Of a DNA stretch of 64,000 nt, positions 1 through 14,280 are shown piece after piece. The DNA lies in contig NC_081390.1 in the NCBI RefSeq assembly GCF_030684315.1, positions 5,456,001 to 5,520,000 of the forward strand, written 5' to 3'. The translations under genes and the position numbers were made by a program. Numbering within the stretch: position 1 is the stretch's first letter; each line of letters opens with the position of its first letter. The notes under the pieces were generated by a model. It was not told the DNA's origin. It was given only the letters and a program-made list of their open reading frames with translations, and ran no database searches. Source of the DNA: Stegostoma tigrinum (taxonomy: Eukaryota).

Positions 1-1969
1 ATAAGGATCTTTGGCCACTCTAGCATGAGCTGAAATTTTTCAGGGTTGCTCTAAGTCGGGCTATGAGTCTGCAGAAGGGGAGGGATCCAGCAGCTGAGTC
101 TGTTGCATGATAGATGTACACCAGGTGCAAAGAGCTGTAGATTCTCAGTGCCTCATATTGCTTGTGGCACACATTAGCTGAGTCAGCAACAAAGATATAT
201 TTATCACTTAATAAGACTCTAGGGTCAGTTTTCTTAATAAAACGTTCAGTGGCAATGATGGATGTGAATGTTAGAAATGGTCTGGATCTTCATGGCTGTC
301 ATTAGATACGTGGTCACCCTGGCTTTTTTGGCCAATGTAGACACAACCCTCATTCAGAGAAAGAGAGTATGCCATCTTTGGTATTTTCATAAGGCTTCCC
401 TAGATTTCTTTGCTTATGTTCCTCCACTCCACTGCAGAGAGGTTCAGAAACTACTGCAGGAGTGTAGTACAAGAGCTGCCGGAGGAGCCTCTTGACAAGT
501 GATTGAACTGCTGGCTTGCTTTTCAGTTGTGATAATATCACAGCCAAGCCTAATTTATTTTGTTCTCCCCTGGCATGCACTGCCCAGCAAGAAGTGCTTA
601 ACTACGTTCAAAAATGGAACTCCTTCCTGATTACTGCCTGTAGCTTAATGATTTGTAGAGACCTTAATCAGTTTATGACTGCCATCCTAAAGACTTGTTT
701 ATGCTGATAAGGTTCTTAATAGGTTAATTGCAAGGATGTATCAATACATTAAAGGGGAAGGTAGATAAATGTAGAAGGTGAAAGAGAATAAAGGGTTACA
801 ATGATAAATTTAGATCTTTTCGTGGAATGTGAATGCCACTGTCAAGATGTTTCATGTCCCTAATTGCCCCTGAACTGAATGACTTTCCAGATTATTTCAG
901 AGGGCAGTTAAGAGTCAACTACATTGTTGCACTCTGGAGACCCATGGAGGCCAGACCAAGCAAGGATGACAGATTTCCTTCCATATGGGTCATCGGTCAA
1001 TCAGATGAGCTCTTTAAAAACAGCAGTCAACGTTAGCCAATATGTTCACCATCACTGACACTAGATTAACATTCCAGATTTAATTGAATCCAAATTGCAA
1101 TGGGTGCCATCGTGGGATTGTGCATCTATGTCCCTAGAGTAGTAGCCAGTGCAGTGACATTGCCATTAAACCAACATTTCCCCACCAGGAATAGTGATTG
1201 GTCGAGCAGGTTGACCTGTCACTTTGAGGTAGGATAGGATGACAAATAGCTCCCATGCCACAAAGCAAGAAACCTATTCCTTCTGGAGAGGGACAGAGGA
1301 GAGAAATTTTTCTTAAAAAGAGGGGGATAAAAAAAAGCTGTAGCTTAACCTTTTTTAATAAAGGTGTGAATTTACTATTATGAGCAGCTCCCATATTGAA
1401 AGAGCAATCTGTTTGCAAACAGCAGATTAACTAGGTAAGGGCTCTGTGACAGAATGGCAATAATGTACTTCTTGGCCACCTGCTCTGGTGCTGCATCAGA
1501 ACAAGTTGATCCTAAAATATTTTTATTCTATCGTTGTGTGCTGATGTTACCCTTTTTCCCATCTTTGACCCCTTCACTACCAGAATCAAATTCAGACAAT
1601 TCAGAAATCAGGATCTGGAAGATAAAGCTAGTTTCTGTGATGATGACCGTATCATTATCATTACCAACTATCAGCTTATCATTTAGTTCACAAATCTGCC
1701 ACCCTTACCTGGTCTGACCTACATATTAGTTCAGATCCATAGCAATGTGGTTGACTCATGAAGGAATAAAGTACATATGTCAGAAGTTAAGTCTACTATT
1801 CCTGGGTTCTGTTTGGAAGAATGACTAATACTTCAAACCTTTGCTCATTGTCATTTTTTTTTGTTTATCCTAGCAAATTTCTTCCAAATTGGTCTGCTGT
1901 GTTTTTAATCTATTGTCATTTTGATTTTTTTTAGGTTTTGATATTCACAACCGCTTCTTGTCATTTCAG

Positions 1970-2121
1970 ATAAGCCCAGGTAGTAAGGCAGCCCAAGCCA
2001 ACATCAGCCAGGGAGATACTATCGTGGCCATAGACGGGGTCAGCACAGAGGGCATGACTCACCTGGACTGCCAGAATAAGATCAAGGCTGCCACCTACTC
2101 CCTGAACCTGACCCTCCAGAA
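1970..2121 (+). CDS. LDB3: LDB3/ZASP exon, C-terminal part of the PDZ domain
   Basis: ttcag| acceptor and |gtgagt donor, 152 bp. Reads [50 protein letters not shown](K), which matches the ALP/Enigma-family PDZ of LDB3. Confidence 0.96.
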
Positions 2122-3006
2122 GTGAGTGCAGATTTGTTCGTGTGACATGAATTGATGAGAGGGGTAGAGAATGAGATTACAATGCATGTTAGTAATCTTA
2201 TTCACATGAGGTGTCACTTTGTGAAGCTGAAGCCTCCTGTCTGGATATAAGACTCCATCTACCTTGTTTTGGTTTGAATGAATTGGGGAAGGGAGTGGGG
2301 GAGTGAGTGGACAGGGGGGTACAGGGCAGGCAGAGATTGTCTGTGCTGCCTGTAGTGACAGAATTAGTACTGTTTATTGGTTATGTCTTTCATTGCAAAG
2401 TATCCTAATGGGCTGTTGGGTTAACCTACCGTAAAAAATATGATTTTTTAAAAAATTACCTTGCATGGAATTAGTTTTTCTTAAGTTTATGAATCAAATA
2501 ATAAGCCAGCGTAGCCTTGAATCCTTACAACCTGTTTAAAATGTGTATATTACTCTAGTTGCAAATGAACCTTGATAAAAAGAGAGACATGTTACTGAAG
2601 GTTTTATCTTACATGCATCAGGACAAACACAAGAACACCAGATTTTAAATGACCATGACAATTTATGCGGTAAAGGACGCTGAGTAGTTGTCAAATCAGC
2701 TCTGACTGAGGAACTATACATTCCCTAAGCTCCCGGCTAATTCAAAAGGATTCATGGATTGAACATATTCCTTTTTCCACATAAAGGATTCCTGTGTGTG
2801 ATCGTGTGCCAGTATTAGCAAGAGTGAACGAATCATTTTGTAAGATTGATAATCTTAAATTGGGATTCTGGATTGTTCAGCAACTATCGTCCAATTAGGG
2901 AATTACACTTGGCAGTAGACTTTCAGTTTTGGGTCTTGCAAGCCTGGATTGGTTGTGCAAGTGCTTCCAGCGAGTATGTAAAGGTGTAGTTTCTTTTTGC
3001 AAAAAG

Positions 3007-3385
3007 GCAGTGTTTATTTTATATATAGTCTTTCACAACCTCAAATGCCCCAAATCACTTTAGAATCAGTCAAGTCCTTTACAAGTGTAGTCACAGTTGT
3101 AATGTAAGAACAACGGCAGCCAAATTGTGCACAATAATTTCCCTCAAACAGAACACAATAATGATCAGATAATCTGTTTCAGTGACTTGGTTGAAACATG
3201 AAATTGGCCAAGGCATTACTTCTCTTCTAAAATACTTTGAAAATGTTCACATCTGTCTGAGTTTAATTTATAATTGAGTGCACCTCTAGCAGCCTGGATT
3301 AGGTAAATCAGGTCTATAGAGTGAGACTTCAACCCTTACAGTGTTTGGGCTCCAAAGCAAGTTCAGTGCCCAGTGACCCACAGAT
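3007..3385 (-). mobile_element. DeuSINE (AmnSINE1/SacSINE1-like) relic
   Basis: Reverse complement contains gtgcacaatttggctgccgt...ttacattacaactgtgactacact..., resembling the Deu domain and tail. Confidence 0.65.
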
Positions 3386-4384
3386 AGAACTGTTTGTCCA
3401 CCACCTGAATAGTGCATAGGAGTTGTTAAGTAGTTATGTCCAACTGAAATGGCTTGGCTTGCCAGTGTTGCCTGCCACCTTAACCAAGTGTCTGTTTAGC
3501 AATCAGGTATTTATGGCGCAGTGGTATTGTCTCTACGTCAGGTTCAGATCCCATGCCAGAGCTGTGTGGGAACCAGTTGATTTTTTTTTTATTTAAAGAA
3601 CAATATTTGAAAGTCTTTACCATTAAAAAATAGAAAGCATCCAAAAGGGTTAAATAGCCTTTTCAGAAAATGGGGTCTTTAGCAGTTCCCTTGTGACAAT
3701 CCCATGGAACTAAGTGGTACAACCGTAATTTTTGGAGATGAGATGTTGAAGTAAATGAATCAGGAGTTTCCTCACACTGACTGAGCTCCTTCACTGGAAA
3801 TAAAAGCTATCATCCAGAACTGAGATTCATCCCATGCCATTCGTTTATGTGAAGTCAATTTATCTTCACATTCTGGAAGATGCTATGTTAATAGCTATTA
3901 ACAGTGAGTTCCCTGAGATATGAGGTCTCCTTGTTTTGACATTCACTGCTGTCTGGAAAATTACTTCATGTTTTTGCCTGCGTTCAATGACTATGAAAAT
4001 GTCTTAATTGATCCTGTAGAGCACCTTATCACAAACTATTTCCTATCTTGAGACAGAGGGCTGAATCTTGCTATTTTGGCAATGATTAGGTTGTGTCAAG
4101 TTGTTTTGATAGTTTTTTGCCGTCAGGCCTAATGGGCTCTCGCTATATCTTACCAAACTCTACAACTCTACTGCATAAGTTACCTACTGCGTCACTATGC
4201 TGTGACTCACATCCAATTCCACCTTACCTTATCACATGCTGCTCCCGAATAACTTGCAACTCGACACATATCCGCTCAAAGACCAGCATCCCTTGTGTCC
4301 TTGCCACCTTTAACTACCTCTGTACACCCAGTTGTGCATGGATATTCCAAAGCCGCTCTGCTCATTGATGGACAGAGTCAGAAC

Positions 4385-4610
4385 ATGGTGGAGAAGGGGA
4401 AGATGGTACTGTGTTTCTCTAGAGGGACCTGGACATCCTAGTGGATGAGGTGGTCCAGAGCAGAGGTATCCTGTTCTCTGAGGACAAGGAGTGAAGGCTG
4501 TGCCACCAGACCTGGAAATCTTGGTCTGAGGCCACCAACCGAGTCAGTACTAACTCAAGGATATTGGGGTGAAGCCAGCAGTGCAGTGAGAAGGTCAATG
4601 CCTGGAATAA
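4385..4610 (+). mobile_element. Myb/SANT-like pseudo-coding remnant, probably from a PIF/Harbinger DNA transposon
   Basis: One frame reads DLDILVDEVVQSRGILFSEDKE*...WSEATNRVS...*SQQCSEKVN, a Myb/SANT-like pattern with stops. Confidence 0.45.
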
Positions 4611-4720
4611 GTCCCACAACCTTCTCCCTGCTACCTTACACAGACTATCTCTGCTATTGCATCCACCTCCCAGCAAAGCTCATGCTCCACCACTCTTAAT
4701 ATTGCATGCACCACTACTTG

Positions 4721-5038
4721 TCACAGAATCATAGAATCCCTACAGTGTGGAAACAGGCCATTTGGCCCAGCTAGTCCACACTGGTCCTCTGAAGAGCGCT
4801 CCACCTAGACCCATTCCCTCTCCTGCATTTCCCATGTCTAACCCAAACATCCCTGGGCACTATGGGCAATTTAGCAATGCCAATCCACACAGCCTGCGCA
4901 TCTTTGGACTATGTGAGGAAACCCACACAGACACGGGGAGAATGTGCAAACTCCACACAGTCACCCCAGGTTTTAATTGAAGCTGGGTCCCTAGTGCTGT
5001 GAGGCAGCAGTGCTAACCACTGAGCCACCGTGCCACCC
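4721..5038 (-). mobile_element. tRNA-derived V-SINE (HE1-like)
   Basis: Reverse complement begins ggcacggtggctcagtggttagcactgctgcctcacagc; V-domain core gtggagtttgcacattctccccgtgtct; (ATAGAATC)n tail. Confidence 0.88.
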
Positions 5039-6359
5039 CTAAAATCTCATGTACTCAGACCCCTTTAAGATTCCACCCATAGTGAAGAATAGCAATTTCT
5101 TTATTATTTCAAAAATGCCAACAGATATTTCCTATTTCGTACCTGTTACATCATATACCAGATTCTCATCACACAGATCTAATTTATTAATATTTTTTCT
5201 GAATGAAAGGAAAATGAATCTTTTACTTTTTCTCATGCTCTCCATTAATTTCTGTAAACAATTTGAAACATTGCTTTAACCATTTCCAATCTACTGAAAG
5301 ATTTCCTGTTCCTTTGTGTCAGTATTATTGGATTTGTTAAATCCACTTAAAGTTTCTTTTTAAATTCTCACACTTTGACCTTCACTTTGCACTTTACACT
5401 TTTTTCTCTGTCACTGTTTATATGGATTGTTCGTGAAAAAAATGCCAAGGTCAATATAAGTCACCTTCTACCATCCTGACAGATGTGCTTTGCAACAGCA
5501 TGGAGCTGTGATTTACTAAGACGGCAGAATTCATTTGAATTTACTGTATCTTCAAGAACAGGACATGTTATTTTCAGTTCAGTTCATTCTTGGGATGTGA
5601 ATGTCATCGGCAAGGCCAACATTTGTTGACCCTTGGAGCTGCCTTCTTGAGCATCTGGTGTAAATACTCCCAAAGTGCTTTTATCTGACCCAGTGACAGT
5701 GAAGTAATGGTGATATATTTCCAGGTAAGGATGGTCAGCAGCTTACAGGAGATCTTGCAGATGATGGCGTTCCCATACATCTGCTGTCCTTGTCCTTCGA
5801 GGTAGTGAGGTTTGAGGGTTTGATAGATGGTGTTGAAGGAACCTTGGCAGGTTCTGGCCAAGATAATACAGCTTATCATATGTTACATCAATTAGCCCCT
5901 TAAAAACAAGCATATCACTCCCTTAAAGGAGGTTTGTATTGCAGTGGTGCTGTTCTGACCTCTGGCCCAGAAGGTCTGGTTTCAAGTCTACATGCCACAG
6001 AGGCATGCTCTAATATGAATGAAGAAATAATTTGTAAATAATTTCCCAACCTTCACCTTTTCCAGTAAAAATATGCCAATTTATAATATCACTTTTCATT
6101 ATCTAGCCCTTTCATTTCCTTATTGTGATTACTGTCTTCACTGTCCTTTCAGAAACTGCAATATCCTTCAGTGATGACTAGAACTAGATGTGATACAATC
6201 ACACTTAGAAAACTGTATAAAATGCCACCACGTAGTTTAACTGGTCAGGATGTTCAGAGTCATCATTTTCTCTACACTTTTTTTATTTAAGTAATAGACC
6301 CTTTCTGAATTTTGATCAATTTTGTGAAGCATTAGCAGCAGTAAGCACATTTACTACAA

Positions 6360-6935
6360 GTGTAGGAATAGAGGGACAAGAGGAGGCTATTGCATCTATT
6401 CTACTATTCAATGATCTGTGATCTAACTCCATTCTCCCACTTTTGCCTTTTTTTAGATTTTATTAGACTCCCTACAGTGTGGAAACAGGCCCTTTGGCCC
6501 AGCGAGTCCACACCGCCCCTTATATCCTTTAATATGTTTGGTGAACGAAAATCTATCAGTACTGGGTTTAAACTGCATAGCTGATCTAGCATCAGTTGCT
6601 GTTTGCAGAAAAGAGTTCCAAACCTCCCTGTTTTCTGTGTGAAATGGTTTCCTAATTTCATTCCTGTAAGGTCTGGTTCTCGCTTTTAAACCTAGTTATG
6701 TAATTCCCAACTAACAGAAATAATGTCTCTTTAATTCCCTATCTGTTGCCCTGCGTATTTTGGAGGCTTTAAATCAAATTACCTTTTACGCTTCTCAATT
6801 CCGGGGAGTAAACCCAACTCACTTTAATTTCTTCTTGCAATTACACCTTTGGGGTGCAGATATCATTCACATAAATCTGCATGACAATCCCTACAAGGCC
6901 AGTATATCCTTCCAACTGTACATTACCCAGAACTA
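6360..6935 (-). mobile_element. Old CR1 3' fragment containing a short SINE-tail piece (6457-6517)
   Basis: NHFTQKTGRFGTLFC-like CR1 end; the insert matches the HE1-like SINE tail. Confidence 0.55.
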
Positions 6936-6979
6936 CAGAAGTTATGTTCTGACATCGGATGAAGTTTGAAGGAAAGGAC

Positions 6980-7385
6980 TTATATTTGCATCTTTATAGC
7001 TCCAATCACATCACCAGGATATCCTAAAATGTTTTGCAGTCGGTGAAGAACATTTGAGTGTAGCTGATATTATGATATAGGGAAACATGGCAGCCAATTT
7101 GTGCAGAGCCATCTCCCACAAAACAATATTAGGATAATGACCAAAACACCTACTTTATGATATTGTTTGGCCAGAATACCAAGAGAACTTTCCCTACCTT
7201 TAACATCCATTTGGAAGGGTAGACAGGGGCTCTGGATAGCTTCCCACCTGAAAGACAAAAACTCCGGTAGCATGGAATTCCCTCAGACTGCGCTGTATTG
7301 TCTGCCTAGATTTTGTTTTTAAGTTTCTTGAGAGGAACTTTAAAGCGCAACCTCCTGACTTCAAGTTGAAAGTGCTTCCCATAGA
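6980..7385 (-). mobile_element. DeuSINE-like relic
   Basis: Parallel to 3007-3385 (ggaaacatggcagccaatttgtgca..., ctgaaagac...). Confidence 0.6.
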
Positions 7386-7789
7386 TTGAAATGGTTGTTT
7401 CTATTTAAATTGACTGGTTTCTTAATAAGCCAAAATCTGACTGAGGAAGAGCTTTATTCGGGCTTAAGACTAACATTTTTATACTGTTCCTCAGATTCTA
7501 CTTACTGTAATTCACCCTGTCATCTCCATGACCTGAACAGTCTGGCTTAAATTGGTAATTATAATCCAGTCAGAAACTGATTTGGTAAAGGATTATTTCT
7601 AAGTTGCATACTCAAAACTGATATGTGTAATTAATGAAGTGAAGGAAACACTTATAATTGCTTACACAGTATGAAGGAGTCAGGGAGGCAGAGGCGAGCT
7701 CCAAAGAAAGCATAAAAATTAAGGCATTGCATTCGTCATGAGTTCCACTTGTACCCCTTGTCATATGTTGCAGAACCAATCATTGTCAT

Positions 7790-8375
7790 TGGAAATTGAA
7801 CAGCACTAGCCATATAAATACAGTGGCTACAATAGCAAATCAGAGGCGAGGAATCCTTCAATGAGTAACTCATCTCCTGAATCTCCAAAACATGTCCACA
7901 CTGCTCATGGCAGGAGTCTGATGGAATACTCCCCACTTGCCTGGATGAGTGCAGCTCCAACAACATTCAAGAACCTCAGCACCATCCAGGACACAACAGC
8001 CCATTTGATTGGCACAACATCTGTAAACACATACCTCAACTCAATGGCAACAGTGTATACCATGTACAAGATGCACTGCGGAAATTCACCAAAGATCCTT
8101 AGACCTTCTAGACCCACAACCATTTCCATGTAGAAGGACAAGGACAGCAGATACATGAGAACACTACCACCATCTGAGTTCGCCTCCAAGTGACTCACCA
8201 TTTTGATTTGGAAATATATCACTGTTCCTTCAGTGTCATTGAGTCAGACTGGAATTCTCTCCTGAAAAGCATTGTGAGTCTACTTACACACAGAGTCTAC
8301 AATGGTCCCACAGCAAGTAGGGATGAAATGCAGATCCAGTCAGCAGTGTCCATATCCCACAAATGAATAAAAAAA
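7790..8375 (+). mobile_element. 3' fragment of a dispersed non-LTR family. Other copies at about 5590-5830(-), 8660-9010(+), 12130-12240(+), 14370-14620(+), 27190-27680(-) and 51620-51880(+).
   Basis: Recurrent motifs ggatgagtgcagctccaacaaca, accatcctgacttggaaata and ggaactccct seen in several copies; clade not determined. Confidence 0.7.
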
Positions 8376-9014
8376 ATTCCTGTGCTGAGCCTTGGCACCT
8401 TTTCAATTAGCAGTGGTAGACAATAAACTACTACTAATTTTTAACAGGATGAGGCACTTGTCTTAACAGCAAAATGTAGTTTATTGTTTGAAGCAATAGG
8501 TACAGGTAAGAAAAATATTCTTTTTACCTTAAATTCTCCTGACAGAGCTTAGAAATGGAACATTTAGAAATCTTCTTTGAACAGGTTAAGAAGAGGCTGT
8601 TCAGCCAAATTTAAGGAATTCACAGGATTGAGATGCCATTTGGCTCATGTTGTTCCCCACTTTCTTGGATGTGTGCAGCTCCAGCAACACTCAAGCAGCT
8701 TGACACCATCCACTACAAAGCAACCTGCATGTTTGGCGCCAAAACCAGAAACATTCAAGAGCAGCAGTGTATACCATCTATAAGATGTGCTGCAGAAATT
8801 CACCAACCTCCTGAAAAAGCACTTTCCAAACCCATAACTACTTCCATTCAGAAGGACAAAGGCAGCAGAAACATAGGAACACCATCACCTCCAAGTTCCC
8901 CTCCAAACCATGCACCATCCTGACTTGGAAATGTATCATAGTACTGTCAGTGTCACTGGATCAAAATCATCAAACTCACTCCCTAATGGCATTGTGCATG
9001 CACCTACACCATAA

Positions 9015-11670
9015 TACCAGAAGATATAGGAGCATAATTAGGCTATTCAGCCCATTGAGTTTGCTCCTTCATAGCTGACTCAGCCCGGCTTTACCTTTGA
9101 ATTTCAAATAACTGCAATCTCATTCTTAATAGTGGACTCTAAAATGTTTCCAATGACCAAGCTCAGGCTATAACTGGCTAAGAGTTTCCTGCCTTCAGCC
9201 TCCCCCACTTCGTAAACAGGGGTGTTACAATCGCAATTTTCCAGCCCTCAGGGACCCTCCCTGGCTCCAGTCATTCCTGAAAGATCACTGGCAATGCATG
9301 TCCCCACAACTCTGGAAAGTAGTCCATCTGGTCTGGGTGATTTATCCACGTTCAGAACTTTCAGTTTCCCCAGCATATTCCCCTTACTGGTGACCTATGC
9401 GCACCTGAATCTCTTAAAAGTTCTGGTTTTCTGCACCATGAAGAATGTTACAAAGTATCTATTCAGTTCTTCCACCATTTCTTTGTTCTTCATTTCCACT
9501 TCTCCAGCTGCATTTCCCAGCGGTCCATTATCCACTCTTGCCTCTCTCTAACCGTTTATGGTTTCTAAAAATGTCTTGCTATTTTCTTTCATATCACTAA
9601 CCAACTTACACTTATAGTTCACCTTCTCTCTCGTTATCGCCTCGTTTTAGTTTTCTTTTGCTGATTTTTAAAGGCTTGCAACCCTCTGGCTTTCCACTTG
9701 TCTGCACTACATTGTATGCTTTTTCTTTTACTTTTATGCTGTCCCTGACTTCCCTTGTCTGCCATGGTTGCTTCATCCTCCCTTTAGTATGTTTCTTCTT
9801 ACTTGGGATGAATTTCCGCTGTATCTCTCAACTTACCCCCAGAAACTCCTGCTATTGCTGCCCCACTATCTTCCCTAATAGGCTCCCCTTCCGTCCAACT
9901 CTGGCTGGCTCCTCCCTCATGTCTTTGTTGTTATCTTTACTCAACTGGAATATGATTCCATCTGATTCCAGCTTCTCCGTCTCAAGCTGCAGGGTGAATT
10001 CTGTCGTATGATGGTTGCCAAACCCTAAGGGTTCCTTCACCTTAAGCTCCCCAATGAAGCCTGCCTCAAATCACATCATCAAATCCAGAATTATTCATTC
10101 CCTAGTGGGGTCTAACACAAGATGCTCTAGAAACAACATCTTGTAGATATTTCATGAATTCCTTTCACTGAGATCTCCTAAAACCCTGATTTTTCCCAGT
10201 CCACCTCCGTATAGAAATCCCCCAAGTTTATTATATCTTTCTTACATGCGCTTTCCATTTCCTGATTTATTTTCTTCCCCTTATCCTGACTACTGATAGG
10301 AGTCCAATGCAAACTCCTATCAGGGTCTTTTTTTCCTGTTGCGGTTCCTCAACTCTACCCACACAGATTCTATGCTTTCCGACTGTATATCACTTCCTAC
10401 TATTAATTTCATTTCATTTCTTACTAAGAAGGCGACCCCTGGCCCTCAGCCTATCTGCCTGTCCTTTCAATAGGACATATACCCTTGGATATTTAGTTCC
10501 CAGCCCGAAACCTCCTGCAGCCACATCTGTATGATATCCACAATGTTGTACCTGCCAATTTCAAACTGCTGTAAGTTCATTTACCTTGCTTCGTATACTG
10601 TGTGTGTTTAGGTACAACACCCTCAGTCCTGTGTTGACTGCCACCCGCTTCCTCCTTACCCCTTCTCGTAGTTGTCCCTTCATCTGCTGAAGTTAGATTC
10701 CTGATCCTTTCCATTCACTCTGTCCTATTACTTGTTCTGGAAACTTTGATACCCTCTGCTGAGCCCTCACCACTTTAATATTTTCCATGCAACTGAACCT
10801 CTCGCAGCTTGATTCAGGTGGAGGCCATCCCGTTGGAACAGCTCTGTCCTTCTCCATTACTGGTGCCATTATCCCATGAATTGAAACCTGCTTCTCCCAC
10901 ACCAATCTTTGAGCCACATGTTTTCCTCTTTAATCTTGTTGACCTTGTGCCAATTAGCTTGTGGCTCACGTAGTAATACAGAGATTATTACTGTTTTGGT
11001 TCTGCTTTTCAATTTAGCCCCTGGCTGCTCACATCCCCTCCAGTGAACTACTTTCCCCTTTCTGCCTATATTATTGATACCTACATGGAGTACAACAACT
11101 GGATCTTTCCCCTTCCACTCCAAGTTCCTCTGCAGCTCAGATGAGAGACCCTGAACCTGGGCACCAGGCTGGCAACAAAGCCTTTGGAACTGTTGATCCT
11201 GGCCACAGAGAACATTGTTTATTCCCCGATCATACTAGCCCCAGTTCCAGCTACATTTCTATTCTCTTCCCCACTTTTGAATAGGTCTCTGTACCATGGT
11301 ACTACAGTCAGTTTGCTCATCCTCCCTGCAGACCCCACTCCCACCTCCACAGGGAGCAAGAATCTCAAACCAATTAGACAAGCTCAAGAACTGAGGCTCC
11401 TTCAGCACTACCTCCTGGATCCATTGCCTGTAGTCACATCCTCCTGTCCCTGACCACTGACCGAATTTGAAACATCTCAAAAGTAATTTCAGGGGTATGA
11501 CTACCTCCAGTAACAAAGCATCAAGGTAACACTCTCCTCCCTAATGTTTCTCAGTGTTTGAAGCTCAACTTTGAGCCAGGGTTCTTCAAGCAACCAATGC
11601 TTGAAGCAGATGGTCACAAGAAGAAGGATGGGGTCTCCCAGGTTCCATGTCATGCAGTTTCAACACATCG
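9015..11670 (-). mobile_element. Old, internally deleted CR1 LINE including an esterase/SGNH-type ORF1 remnant
   Basis: DPVVVLHVGINNIGRK...KTVIISVLL...WLKDWCGRSRFQFMG and LSLSNWFEIL motifs (CR1 ORF1), endonuclease-like LGFGNHHTTEF, and a CR1-like 3' tail at about 9015-9070. Confidence 0.75.
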
Positions 11671-12700
11671 CCTTAGTTTTCATTTGATTTTTCAATATTT
11701 CGTACTGGTCTTTTAGTTTGTAGCCTCTAAATATTTCCCCTATTTACCTTCAACCTGAAACTAACCTATAGTCAACTAAGAGGCCATCATGAACCAATGA
11801 ACTTATGGATTTCTATGGCATTACTTTTTTATACTGGGCCCCTGATCCTGGGCTTTAATTTGTCCTGTTAAAAAAATTACAAACTATGGGCCAAAAAAAA
11901 CAAGCAAAAAGTACTTCTTCCCCTTCTGCACAAAATTCACATGCTGCCCTCCATGTTCCCCAATCTGTATACTCATTTGGGCTGGTTTCTGGATGTGCTC
12001 TCTCTCCTTCCTGATCATGTAAAGTTTACTAATCCAAATATGGAGTGAGTAAGGGCTCATCTAGCAGTGGAACCACACACAGTGTGAGCCCTGAAGCAAG
12101 AATTATACCTCTAGACCAACAAGCCAAGCATACCAAATGGGCTGCAATGATTCAGAAAGGCAGCTCACAACCCCCTTCTCAAGGGCAATTAGGGATGGCC
12201 AATAAATGCTGGCCTAGTGAGTGACTCACATCATACAAATGATTTGGTTTACGGTGAAATGAACCCTGTGATGTCAACATTTGCTTTTTTTTTACTTTTG
12301 CTTCCCCTTATCTTTCTTTCTCATTCTTCCTTCCCTTATAAAGACATGTTTGCAATTAAACTGTAATTCCCTCTGGAATTTGAGTAGGTTGTACCAAGCC
12401 ATTGGCTGCCAAATTAATTGGAAGTAATTGATCCTATTTACTCACAGTGCACTGCAGATGTGGTTGCTTTTAATCTCGTATGTTGTCAGTTGTAATAAAT
12501 TGAGATCAGAAACATTGATTTTATCTGAGATATTCTGAAATGTTTTCAGAGATCAATGTTTGATTTGAGTTTGGGTCGCTGGGGGGGAGGAATTTGGCTG
12601 TGACCAAAGAGAAAGCTAAACCAAACTTGCCCAGCTTCAGCAGCAGGAATAGTTCATTGTTTTAAAAACATTCTAAGAAAAAATGCTTTTGTTCTTTCAG

Positions 12701-12776
12701 ATCAAGACGCCCAGGCCCAGTTCCCACTGCAACTCTTCGGATGGACTCTCCCATGCCAGTTATCCCTCATCAAAAG
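12701..12776 (+). CDS. LDB3: LDB3 post-PDZ linker exon
   Basis: tttcag| acceptor and |gtaagg donor, 76 bp, phase-compatible with the previous exon. Reads SRRPGPVPTATLRMDSPMPVIPHQK; the PVIPHQK ending is typical of LDB3. Confidence 0.95.
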
Positions 12777-13759
12777 GTAAGGATAGTGCCACCTTTAATG
12801 TTGGCTCTGTAGTTCATTTGCAACCACCGTCTAATTTCCTGATGTGTGTGTCTGGACAACTTTTGGTATCTTTTGAGGATGTAAGCTCCTGTGCCAGTCA
12901 TTTATCTGTTTCGAAGGTGCCGTTATAAAAACAAATGTCCAGATATATCACAGTGTCACGTGGAGATAAGCTCCTGCACAAAATGTGACAGTCACTGGTT
13001 ACATCATTTCACCCAGAATTCACACCTGAAAGATGATGGCCACATTGGTCCTGCCAATTTCAGGGGAGAAAGGTATTAGATAAGATAATATGTCTGAAAG
13101 GATTGATGTTGGAGACTGCATCAAGCAGCATCCTACCAATGACTTCTGTGGGGATGAGGCAGAACAGCTGAGAATCTTAGGAGTAAAGACATTATCCTGG
13201 TCTCTTGATAATCTCAACAACAAAGCCTATCTTGCTAATTTCATTTGTGACCAATTGCTATCATACAGTAAACTACATTCTATTTTTGACAAGAACCTCT
13301 ACTCATTAAGATATACCTGGAGGCAGCAGAAGATGAAGTGATTGCCAACCCAAACAAGCACATAGATGGAAAAGAGAACAAGTTCTAGGATTAAAAGAAA
13401 ATCTGCTCTCTCCACTTAAACCTTGCTTTACACAGACTATTAATGATATACATTTCAAGGGGACACTGCTGCTGGCTGCCTTATTATTTGTAAAGAACAA
13501 GATATGTGTTGATGTGCTTTATGTTGGTCACGACTGCTCACAAGCAAAGGCCTGATTGCCACCCACTGTCAGGAATGTGGTATCCTTAAATGAGGTTCTG
13601 AATCAATATTACTAAAGAAATTAATCAATTTAAGTAACAGTCATTAAGACATTTCCACTTTCAATCATCACAGTAAATGACTCAGAACAAACATCCTGAA
13701 ATCTATCACCTAAGTATTTAACATTCAGCATAAATAATCAATGCTACAAGGAAGCAGAC

Positions 13760-14280
13760 CATTGCCTCTATTTCCTCAGGAGGCTAAGGAAATTCATCAT
13801 GACTACAACGACTCTTACAAATTTTTCTAGGTGCACCACAGAAAGCGTCGTTCAGATGCATCACGGCTTGGTATGGCAACTGCTGTGCCCAAGACCTAAA
13901 CAAATTACAGAGAGTTGTGAATGCAGCTCAGTCCATCACGAAAACCAGCCTTCCTTCCATTGACTCAGTCTACATTTCCCACTGCCTTGGGAAAGCAGCC
14001 AACAACATCAAAGATCCTCCTCCCACCCCAGGCAGAAGTTACTAAAGTTTGAAAACACATTCCAACAGATTTAAGAACAGCTTCTTCCCCTCTGTTATCA
14101 GGCTTATGAAAAGGCCTCTCCTATATTAGAGCTGATCTTTCTCTGCATCTTCCCTATATTCTGCTTTCTGTTCTAATACCCTGATGTACTTATGTAAGGT
14201 ATGATTTGTCTGGTTAGCACGCAAAACAGTACATTTCACTGTATCTCAGTACATGTGGCTATAATAAATCAAAGCAAATA
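13760..14280 (+). mobile_element. Non-LTR (L2/Rex-like) 3' fragment
   Basis: Degenerate C-terminal coding sequence (tcacggcttggtatggcaac; aagaacagcttcttcccc) followed by ataataaatcaaa. Confidence 0.55.

Noticed and set aside
4980-5038. tRNA-like sequence (also at about 16900, 57450 and 62560)
   Set aside because: These are SINE heads attached to a V-domain and tail, not standalone tRNA genes.
9080-9229. Possible LTR fragment inside the old CR1 (ends ...ggggtgttaca)
   Set aside because: Only a TGTAAC-like terminus supports it; no second end, TSD or internal region is visible.
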